This document shows, piece by piece, positions 1 through 10,452 of a stretch of 64,000 bases of DNA. The notes under the pieces were generated by a model, which did no database searches, had not been told where the DNA came from, and saw nothing but the letters and a program-made list of their open reading frames with translations. Position 1 is the stretch's first letter; each line of letters starts with the position of its first letter. The translations under genes and the position numbers were made by a program. Source of the stretch: Lingula anatina (lineage: Eukaryota; Animalia; Brachiopoda); the NCBI GenBank assembly GCA_051362555.1, contig CM120649.1, positions 4,836,001 through 4,900,000 of the forward strand, read 5' to 3'.

Positions 1-615
1 AGCTATCCAATACTATGATCAACTTTTTTACTTCGCTTTCTTTTTCTTGTAAAATGGCATCAGAGGCACCAATTCTCATAGCATGACATTTATTATCCAT
101 CATCAGGGACCCTTGGGCCCCCATCCATGTATAAGACAATGCCAGTGCTGGTCCCTGCAGGCACCTTCTACATACATGTACAATTTAAGTTTTTTTTTAT
201 GCCAAATTAATTCCCAGACAGGGAAAAACCTTGAGCAAGCCAGTAAGTCATCCAAAATAAACACTGCTATGTCTGACCTTTTTTTTCTAGGTATTGCTTC
301 AGCTAAGTTCTGAATTGCTGCACTAATTTTTGACTGACTAATTGCTGAGAAAAACCCAAGATCCCCTCTTTTTTTTTTTTTTTTTTTTTGGCAAAACAAT
401 GCACATGATATATTGATCCAAATCATTGCGTCAGTATTCCTATCCTAGGCAGTCCAGAGGTAAATATGGAGAAGATGGGGGGTGGGGGTGGGGATGGGAG
501 CTTGTGCAAGGATAGACAGGGGCTTTAAAAGATAACCTGTTTTCTCTGCAAATCTAAACATGGCTGTAAAAATATTGAAAGGGGAAATATCAAATGTAAC
601 CTCTCAAGAAATTTA

Positions 616-695
616 AAAATAAAATAAAATAAAATAAAATAAAATAAAATAAAATAAAATAAAATAAAATAAAATAAAATAAAATAAAATAAAAA
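616..695. repeat. (AAAAT)n microsatellite
   Basis: About 15 perfect AAAAT units. Confidence 0.95.
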
Positions 696-3019
696 CTGAT
701 CTCAGTTTATATACCCTAACAAGTGTTTGATGTTTTTGCAAAAAAAAAAAATTATGTATTCATCTACCTAACTCATTGTGATGTAAGACACATTTTCCTA
801 AATAATGCCTAAAACACTTCAGATTTCTTTTGCACTTTCAGCCTCTGTCCTTTCTCAGGAGTTGCCACAGCGGAAAGCACGCCTCCACTAGTCCTGCATT
901 TGACCCTCCTCAAAATACACTCAAAGCACTGATCATAACAAAATTTTCTCATCTTGCCTAAGTTACATCTAGCACAATGACACATCAATCACTTGAATGT
1001 TCTCACTAAATTCATCTGAACCAAACTAAAAAATTTGTTATTAAAAGAAGAATACTAAATATTAGTATGTTCAAACATTATAAAACATAAAAAATATTTC
1101 ATTCTACGAAAAAGAAAATTGTGGAAAAAGAAAAGAACAATACACTTACCACTATCAAAAATCTCACACAAAACATTCTTAGACAGCTAAGTAATCAGAT
1201 AATCTTCCTAGGCTTCCAACTTTAAAAAAATCATTACCATCTGAAAATTATCTACAAATGCATACAGCCCATGCTTCCCTGACTTCAAATGTCTGCTGCC
1301 TGTTCTGTGAGAAAATGTAATTGGTTTTTTTCGCTGTGGAAAATTCACCTGGGACTTCAGAAGAAACTAGGCCAAGGTAACTGGGTCAAGGTCGTTTTAT
1401 CTGCCCTCCTGCCCTGCAAGTGTTCTCAGCCAAGCAGTGGCTGGATGAGTTCTATCTGGATGATCAATGTCATTTTGTAAGGGAGCAACTCAAAACTGTG
1501 CAATACAGTACACAATATCTTAGAAAAAACAGATGTGCAGCAAAATTTCATTTTATAACAGTTGTTAGTAATTCACTGTCATTCCCCTGACAAGATTCAA
1601 TTTTCGGTCTTTTAATATTCATTATCTTGCCCCCCCCCCCCCCCACCACCACCACCCCTGCATTCTAGAGCAAAGGAGGAGAAATTTTAACAAATGATGT
1701 TCTGTGATAAAGCTGACACTTCTAAGATACATCACTTTTTAACATTATAAATAATATTCTTATATCTAATTTGAACCTCTGCAGCTTAACGTTTCTCTTT
1801 GTTTCTCTAATATTTTAAACCTACAAATATAATCTTCCATCAAATAAAACACATCTACAATGAAAATACTTGCAGTACTATGTCACTCAGCTGAAATGTG
1901 CCACTCTATAGCTAAAAAATAAAAGTTTTTCTCCTTACAGGCATGATCTTCACCATGGCTCCCATAGAGTAAAACTCAAGAAGAACAAGAACCTTCAGAT
2001 AAAAACAGTATATATAAAATGTTTTCCTATGGGTTTTGATAACTGTCCCTGCTAAGTATAACAGAACTTCAAAGGATAAAAAGAGACCATGTGTTGTTTC
2101 CAGATACATGCTCTAATACTGTAACAGCTCAACTAATACAATAAACAATCCTTTGTTCCTTACCAGAACTTTTCAGAGATAAAAAAGGGGGAAAATGGAA
2201 CAAACATAGCTCACAAAATGATGTTTTTTCCCTTTTTTTTCACAAATACAAAAGTACAGGCTAAAAAAAATATAAATATTTACTGTTATGTAAATCTGCA
2301 ACTTATCTGGAAAAAAAAATGGGAGTCTGGCACAATTTACCTCATATCAATAACAACAGGATAAGAAAGCAGTCACTGAGAAATTTCTATATATACGGAA
2401 AAATATAAATATATTTATTTCAAAGGTGGCACCTCAAACAAAAGGATAATTACACTTGTATTTGGCTGACACACTTGCCTACATTTTTTATATGCTTTGA
2501 CGTGTTTTTCCTATTGTTTGACGTGCCAGCCATAGGATAGGTGAGATACAATTATTCTTCTTACACTGTATCCCCTTAATCTTTCATCTCTTGATCAACC
2601 TTGATTTGTAATACCAAACATACACACCAAGCGGTGTTAGTTGATCGTGGCAATATATGCTTTATTTGGTTTGAGGGGTGTTTCTCAGTGTAATAGTGGT
2701 ACTTTTCTCTTGGTATGAATACCAAATAATACACTGCTACCCTCGCACGATAAATGCATGGAAAGTCTCTCACTGACCCTCTTGGCATATAGTGTCTTGG
2801 TATATAGTGCTCGAGTAGTGTCTTGGTATATAGTGCTCGAGTGACAGTGTATTATCTCATACATAGGTCTACATTGTGACTTCACCATGACTAGGAATGG
2901 ACCATGTCATAAATGTGTTCTTACAGAAACTTTGGCCAGTAACTTGCACAATCAAGAACTTACTAATATAGGCAAGATATAAGCTAGCATATTTCAAGCC
3001 CTTAAAAAAAAGTACTCAC

Positions 3020-6000
3020 CACTGAAAGGCGTTAAAGTGAAAATACACAATCCCAAGGCCATAAAGGAAGGGAGCATTCTGAAATAATATAAAATATATT
3101 CAAGTGTTATTATTATAAATTTATAATTATCATAAATAGGTATGTGTTAGAGAGTTATGAGCAAAGAAAGAGTGGAAAACTGACTTAATTTATTATTTGA
3201 GTTGACTTTGGAAGGGTAGAGCTTGATCAATGCTGAAAGAAAAAATGGTGCTGGTCAAGTAGGTCAATGAACAGCAAAACTTCACTTGCAAATTCATGGG
3301 CGTCTCATCTGTACATAGCAGGTCTGCATTTTGGCATCTCCAAGCAAAGTGTTTTCAATGAAGCAATTTTTCTAGAATAATCCTATTCCACACTTTATAT
3401 CATACTGTTGCCAATTTAACTGCCAATTTAACTTTTTAATGATGAATGTGCATCCACTTTCACTGTAAGATACTAAATCATCCTTATAAAATATATTCTA
3501 TTAGGGGTGGTCCATTTTTCCATGACTAAAATGGAATGTTAACAAAATTTCTACAACCTGAATTTCTTTGTCTATTTAAAAAATATTTATCCAATTTCTT
3601 ACTGTTCTGTTTTAGGTGGATGCTTACCTTCCAATAGTCCTGCTGGAGGTTGAAGTACTTCTGGTAAGATGAAAGGGCTAAATATAGAAAAGAAATATAT
3701 ATCAACATTAAGAGGTCTATCTGGAGTCATTTCTATCCCTAACCAATTCAATTCTAGTATATTAGAATCTTGGGGATTTTCTCATTTCCTCTTATCCTTT
3801 CACTAGTAATTGGACATGAAGTGTTAAAAAATATGGAAGAGAAAGAAGCAACTAGGGTGGATATAGCAGGGCTTGACACTAACTTTTTTCGATACTGGCC
3901 CACGATATGGATAAATATTGCAAGGATGATTTGACACATGACATCGATTCAATGGCCCTAGGTTGGTTTTCAGTGGCCCAGGGCCAGTGGGCCACCCTTA
4001 ACGTCAAGCCCTGTATAGAGTAGTCCAAACATTATTTGGTATACTAGTATTTTGTTTAAGGGACAGATAATTTTCACCAAACAGCTTAAAAAAATCAAAA
4101 ATTTGCCAGCCACTTCATTAGACCTGGTGTTACCTTTAGGGAAGTCCTCCATGAGAAGCTGAAGGTGCCCCAGTGTGGAATACACAGTGGGGTCCACCTT
4201 AGTGATATTCAGGGTGCCCTCTGGCTTGGTCTTGTCTTGCTTGGCCTGCTCCTTGATCTGAGACTCATAGTATTCGATGGCCTAAATAGAGAAATTTTAA
4301 AAACTTAGAGATATCCCCTGATTGTTGCATTAAAGCAACTGAACTTTTATATAAAAACAAGTTATATATATATATATGGTGTTTTCAAAAGACAGTATAA
4401 TATCTTCCGAAATACTGCAAACAAGGGTTTTCCCAGTGAACTGTTCAGCCATAATTTGGATGGCCACCAGCATCACCAGACAGCATTTATTTTCAAAGAC
4501 GACTGGACTGCTTGTGGATTTTTTTAGTATGATGGCTTTAAGCATACTAGTACTTGGACTCCCTAAAATTTTGTAGGAAATTACAGGTACCATGGTAATT
4601 TTGGACGGCCTAGACCCCAAATCCTGGAAAAAGCACCCACTGCAAAACAGCGCCTGGAACCAATCTTTACCTCTGAGAATTTATTTAAAATTCAGTTTTA
4701 TTCATTTTCAATAACAACTTTAAAGAACACTCACCTTGACAATGAGGCTTCGCTTCCCTTCTTCCTCAGGGCTTGTGAACTTCAGGAACCCAAAGGCGCG
4801 ACTGAAAAAAAAAATACAGTAGCCATAGAATTTATTGCACTTAATACTTTCATATAAAAATAACTCGTGTCTACTACAAGGTAAACTGTTTTTTTCTTTC
4901 TTTCTTTTTCAAACTGCATTTTATATCTCATGTATGTTTTTTTTTTTCAGAAAAGAAACAAAAGTTGAAACATTTTTTTTCATAAATTAACTGTGAACCT
5001 TATTATTGCAAATATCACAAAAGAAATAACTGATTGTAAATTTTTATCTAACTGATCTGACTTTGGCTAATTTGCCTCTACTGAGGAGTTGAAACCATTT
5101 TGTTTTATAAAAGTCTTAAATTTGCATTGGATTACTAGCTCTGTTGGATTTGAGACAATTTATCTATTTACTTATCACAAGTAACGCTACATGATATGAC
5201 TATGGGGAAAACAGTTGACTGTCAAATACCAGCATAATACATTTTTTAACAGCATTTCAGGCGTGCTGCAAATACCACCATCATTTTGAACATATGGATA
5301 AATGCTTCAAAGACAAATCCTCATTTTATATGCAAAAAAAAAAGTTTGGAAAGAATGGTCCTTAGTCAGTTTCTGAAGATTTTACAAGTGAACTGATGAA
5401 AAATTTTAACTATAACACTTCTCTTCTCTAATAGAACTTATATCATACAACACTGCATCCCTGCACCAATAGCACAGAAATTTTTAAAAAGTTTTTAAGC
5501 ATTAACGCTCTCATTAAAATATGCATCTGAAGACAGTTGTCATGAAAAACCTTTGCCAGCATATAGTTTTAAACTAGAAAAGCACTCAGAGAGCGCAGAC
5601 CTCCGCCAAGGCAGCAAAGTCTCCACCCAATGCCGTTTGACCCCTAAATTATTATTCTATAATGATTTAGTTTTTTCAGACAGACAAACAGGGGTGAACA
5701 CATAACCTCCTTGGCAGAGGTAATAACATAACTTGAAGAAATACCAAAGAGGGTCATTGTATGAACTTTATTGAAAATGTATATGATATTGGTAGTAGTA
5801 GTAGTGATTTATATATGTTATATACGTTAAATGGAATCTACCCTCACTACATATGTAAGGCTTTGTTCACATGCAATGTCTATTTTCTAATTTCTATTTT
5901 CTATTTGCGCTATCTTATGATCACGGTCTGTGCACTGAATATCCCGCCACGTAATTACTGGCAGCGCGAGCCAGTTACTTATAGTAACTTATAGTAACTG

Positions 6001-7344
6001 GCTCGCGCTGCCAGTATTACGCCGCGGGATATTCAGGCCACAGACCGTGATCATTAGACATACCACAAATAGAAAATAGAAATTAGAAAATAGACATTGC
6101 ATGTGAACGAAGCCTTTCACCCCATTCTCATAGATTAGATCGACCTACATTGGATCGACCTAACTCCCTGGGGGTTCACGCTAAATAGCTGTCAGCCGGG
6201 CGGACACGAAAGTTAATTACCCCTTAAAGCTTGTAGTAGGCGGGGATGGACACTTAAGGGGGATTATCTGACAGTAATCTAGTGAGACTCCCCGCGGTGA
6301 TAGATCGATCTAAAAGTTGTGAGAACAGAGCCTAAGACCCCATTCAGAATTGGGGACAAGCTAGTCCAAGGGTCAAATATGGCAGACCCACTTGAATACT
6401 TTCCCACAGGATGTCCATTCAGTGTCTATTAGCAGATTAGACAGCAAGCTTTGTAGTGGGTTGCCATATTTAACCTTCGGACTAGCTGGTCCCCTATTCT
6501 GAATGAGACGTAAGTTAAATATATGTGTTAACACTTGAAGGAAATAGGTGCCTATACCTGTAAAATGACAGCCATTTAGCATCTCAGCTTTGTCATTTCA
6601 TATCTTTCAACAAAAGATGTGACATCTCCTGACATACAACTGACAATTCTTTTACAGTTATGTGTATCTATACCCTTCATACAATAGTAAATATAGTAGT
6701 TACTAGAAAAGATTTATAAACAAGAGTGCAAACATGTGGATTTTTATGCTAATTTGCAACAATATGGCAGTTAACTTGTAGTAAATGAACATAACTGGTT
6801 AACTTTTCAATTTTTTTTTTACTTCTTACATGAGGATGAGCAATGTTATAGAAATTGTGGAGCAATCACTGCAGACTTTTGATTGTAACAAATCTAGGTA
6901 AAGTACATATTTTTGTCTTGTGTAAAATAAAGCAAGTAACGCAATACAAAACATGGTTTTCAATAGCCAATGCCTTAACAAGCGAAATGACAAGTTAACA
7001 GGAGTCAATAAAAGAAAAATAAAATTAGGCTACAGGAAGTCACTTAATGAACTGGAAATAATACAACGAATCACTAATTTAATTAGTGGGTGGTCTTACA
7101 CAGTAACATAGCCTATGTCATAGGGGAGAGATAAATGAAGCTTTGCAAATACCTATGTTTACATGCATTCATATCCAAATATATTGAAGCATAGCAACCT
7201 TTTGCTGAAGCCAATATTGACTGTGCAGAAAAAAACACAAGAAAATGATAAAATTTAGAATACAATTTCTACCAACCTATCATATTCTTGAATTAGCTCA
7301 ATTTCAACCGGGGTAAGAGCGGGTTGGCTCGTCTCGGTCTCCAT
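3020..7344 (-). CDS. KDM6A: Lysine demethylase UTX/KDM6A, N-terminal TPR region (first 5 coding exons; gene probably continues beyond the window start)
   Basis: Exons 7344-7277, 4801-4735, 4281-4134, 3677-3628, 3078-3020, all GT-AG with consistent phases. They give METETSQPALTPVEIELIQEYDSRAFGFLKF...AIEYYESQ...[53 protein letters not shown], which matches the UTX stretch [50 protein letters not shown] as I recall it. No further exon recognised in 1-3019. Confidence 0.93.
3867..4013. mobile_element. Short MITE-like element with CAGGGCTTGAC terminal inverted repeats (hAT-like termini)
   Basis: cagggcttgacactaac ... ttaacgtcaagccctg. No clean 8-bp TSD. Confidence 0.5.
5573..5724 (+). mobile_element. 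Helentron/HINE-like non-autonomous element
   Basis: Subterminal inverted repeats acctccgccaagg / ccttggcagaggt, a 3' hairpin (acctccttggcagaggt) and an acag-type microsatellite remnant. Related reverse-orientation fragments at ~58848-58895 and ~59895-59952. Confidence 0.5.
5857..6116. mobile_element. Almost fully palindromic MITE (PIF/Harbinger-like termini)
   Basis: aaggctttgttcacatgcaatgtctattttctaatttc ... gaaattagaaaatagacattgcatgtgaacgaagcctt. The arms pair along the whole ~260 bp. Confidence 0.8.
6120..6335. mobile_element. PIF/Harbinger-like MITE, family also at 52611-52826
   Basis: Internal gatcgacctaactccctgggggttcacgctaaat...agtgagactcccc is shared with 52611-52826. Imperfect TIRs (ttctcatag / tgtgagaa). 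Confidence 0.7.
6336..6533. mobile_element. PIF/Harbinger-like MITE, related to 10245-10452
   Basis: TIR-like arms cattcagaattggggacaagctagtcc / ggactagctggtcccctattctgaatg. Internal tcaaatatggc...acccacttgaa also occurs at ~10290-10315. Confidence 0.65.
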
Positions 7345-7790
7345 ATCTGTGTAAATCGATTACAAACAAAAAAAATGCGATTTCACAGACACATCACCTT
7401 GTGGCGAACCAAAGCAGCGCGATGCAGTTTGTTAAATTGCTGTAAAACAGGCAAAAAACAATAACTGCTATCATTCACTTTGTCCTCCCAGTAATCTTGT
7501 ATTCGCGGAAGAGGCTCGACAGGTTGGAAGAGTTGTAAAGCTTCTGCTCCAAAAATAAACCGAAAAAATATGTGTGTTCAAGAGATGAAACACATTGCTT
7601 AATTTTGAAAAACTATAATTATGTCAAATAATCTCCTAGATATTGGCAGGTTTTTAATTATTCGTTAGTTAAATCACTAAACTCTAATTCTATTTCGTCC
7701 CTTTCGGTTCCCGATTCAATCTGCATAACGAGGCAGCTTCCGCTCTTTATTAAGTGGAGGTAACTTTCATAGAAGGTGAAGGTGACAGGT
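7345..7790. promoter_or_regulatory. Probable bidirectional promoter/5'UTR region between KDM6A and FUNDC1
   Basis: CpG-richer segment between the KDM6A ATG (7344, -) and candidate + strand splice donors (gag|gtaact ~7760, cag|gtaata ~7788). ETS-like GCGGAAG / CTTCCG motifs. Inferred. Confidence 0.5.
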
Positions 7791-9005
7791 AATAAATAAA
7801 TTAAAAGGAAGAAGTAAACACAAGATGTTAAATGTCCTAGCATAAGTGTCAGTTTAGATAGATTTTATACCTGACATTTCTATTTCAACATAATTAGATT
7901 AATTTTTCATAGCTGACTTCAACCTTCCTTTTACTGTAATAACATTTTGCTTAAATTTTCGTGTTTTGAAAATGTCGTTTTGGAAAACACTTTAAACGGC
8001 ATATGACTAATATCTTTCTCATTTATTTCAGGACCAATACCCCCTTCAAATTGCATCATAATACCCGGGTGTTAGCCACGTCAGTTTATTTACTGAATAT
8101 TTAAGTCTGTTTTTGACTAAATAAACAATATTAGCTAAATTGAAATTGAAGATACATGTAAGTGCCATATTCTTCTGGACTACTAGGAATACTGTTATTT
8201 TACGTTAAAATATACTACTGTAGGAAGCAAGCTATCTGACCGTGAGTTAGTGGTAAGTTGTCCATTGTGTATAAAGAAAGGATTATTTGAGAAATCTGTT
8301 TTATTGAGTGACAAAAATAGATCACTTGTACACAATATAGTTTGAAGTTACTTAAATTATTTCTATTTGATACACATTGAAGAGCATTTTTGATTAACTA
8401 GGTGCAGATAATCCAGTTTAATTCTGTCAAAAATTATACTTTTTCTATAATTATTATTTTATCATGTATATATTTTCCTTAAACTTCCAGGATTTTTTTA
8501 AGGTTGGGGAAATAAATCAGGCAGCTAATTAAAGTGACATGTGACAGGCCTTCATGATGGCTGAAGGTAAATTTTATCATAGTTGTGAAGTAAAAGAAAA
8601 TATTCTTACTGACATGATGGCATAATATAGTTGACAATACATAAAAAAATGCACAAGGGGGGGAAATATGCAAGATTAAACAGAAATGTTACAGACATTT
8701 TCATTATGTTGATGTTGGTACATGTATATTTTCAAAAATTAGAATTTTATATCTTTAAGAAATTTAAAAAATAATACTTTTGAAATAATTATGCCGAGTT
8801 CAGTGTAACGTAATTTATAACCAAATTGCCAATGAATTTTAAGCTTTATTTCTGATCTTGCTATATTGATTTTTTTTTTTTTTTTTTTTTTTTTTACATA
8901 GAAAAATTAGATATTGCTTTTAGCACATTTGCTACCTTCAGACTTTGAATTATAATAACTCATGCATGTTTTGACATCTTACAATTATATTTTTTTCAAA
9001 CAAAG

Positions 9006-10188
9006 ACAGAAACAGAGATGGTAGTGATGCTGAGCCCGAAGAGGATGATAACGAATTCGAATTTATTGAACCAGCAGACCCAAGACACAACGAGATAATT
9101 CGGCGTATAATTGGTGACCTCAGCAATGCTTCCGTTGCTAAACAAGTTGGTATAGGTGGAGTCACTGGCTGGTGAGTTTGCAATCTAGGACTAAGTATGA
9201 GTGGGGAGAGGGAATGGGGGAGGGCAAGGAAAGAATAAGATGAAATTTTAAAAAACATCAGAGGTTCTTTATGTTTGTTTGTAAAAATATACCATTTTTT
9301 ACATGTTTTATGTGTGCTGGCTATATTAGGTTGGGAAGGCTATTGTGAAATAAAAAAAAAACTTTGGATGTCTGTCAGATTTGTTTTACCATTATACCTG
9401 TATGTCAGGTCTGTTCATTTTACCTGTATTTCAGGTGTGTTTATTTTCCTGTCTTTCAGGTGTGCTGGCTATATCTCAGTCAAGGTGGGCAAAGCTGCTG
9501 CTGCACTGCTAGGAGGTAGTCTGTTACTCTTACAGGTACTTCATGTGTAATAACCAAGTTCAAATGAATTATTATTATTAAACAAGTCTAGTTACAGTAC
9601 ATGTGGCAATGAATATACACTCAAATTCAATTCATATACAGATTTAAGTTCCCTAGGAGGTTATTGTTTTCTCTAATTCTTGCCCTCATGCACTATTACA
9701 CACACACACACACACACACACACTCATGCACACACACCCACTCACACTCACACATGCAAGCATGCATGCACACACGCACACACCTTAGAAAACTTTGGAT
9801 CTGCCTGAGCCCTTTGAAATCAAAACGTGTGATGGTCTAGGAATTAATTTCAATATTCCAGATTGCAGATCATTTTGGTTATGTACAGATCAACTGGAGG
9901 CAGGTGAGGAGAGGTGTGAACACTGCCAGGAGAAGGATTGAAGACCAAGCCAATAGACAGTTCCCTGGACTGGCACAGAATGTGAGTGTTTTCAAGAAGG
10001 TTATTTATGGTTTCATAGATTTATCTATGTTGACTGTTTATTGAGAGTTGTCACTGATTCAAATGTAATTTTGATGCGAGTAATGCTTTTTTCATTTGTT
10101 TCCTTTGCAGGCCAACCAGTTTTTCCGTAATAACATATATCTGGCTGGCGGATTTGCAGGAGGATTTCTACTTGGATTGGCATCATGA
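9006..10188 (+). CDS. FUNDC1: FUN14 domain mitophagy receptor FUNDC1-like (start-codon exon not located)
   Basis: Exons 9006-9171, 9460-9535, 9862-9981, 10111-10188: ...EEDDNEFEFIEP...[54 protein letters not shown]...LAGGFAGGFLLGLAS*. The [9 protein letters not shown], GY(V)QI(D/N)W and GGFLLGLAS motifs are characteristic of FUNDC1/2. Confidence 0.92.
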
Positions 10189-10244
10189 TACATGGAGGAC
10201 CACAATTACAGCAGACACAATCAAACTTCACATTTATCATCATA

Positions 10245-10452
10245 GGGCACATTCAAAACAACTTGATCCGTGAACTAACAGATCTGTGGATCAAATATGG
10301 CACCACCCACTTGAAAGTGTGCTGAGATTTAATTGCTCTGTCCCCGCTGGAATGGTGGACGTGGGGGGATGGGAATCCATTGTCAAGTGCCCGCCATATT
10401 TGATCTGCAGACTAGTTAGTCAGCGGATCAACTTTGTTGTGAATGCTGTCTA
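10245..10452. mobile_element. PIF/Harbinger-like MITE in the FUNDC1 3'UTR
   Basis: Imperfect inverted arms cattcaaaacaacttgatccgtgaactaac / gttagtcagcggatcaactttgttgtgaatg and inner gatcaaatatggc / gccatatttgatc. Confidence 0.65.

Noticed and set aside
8950-9258. Antisense ORFs over real exons (also 25677-26010, 35444-35795, 49445-49705)
   Set aside because: Shadow frames of coding exons.
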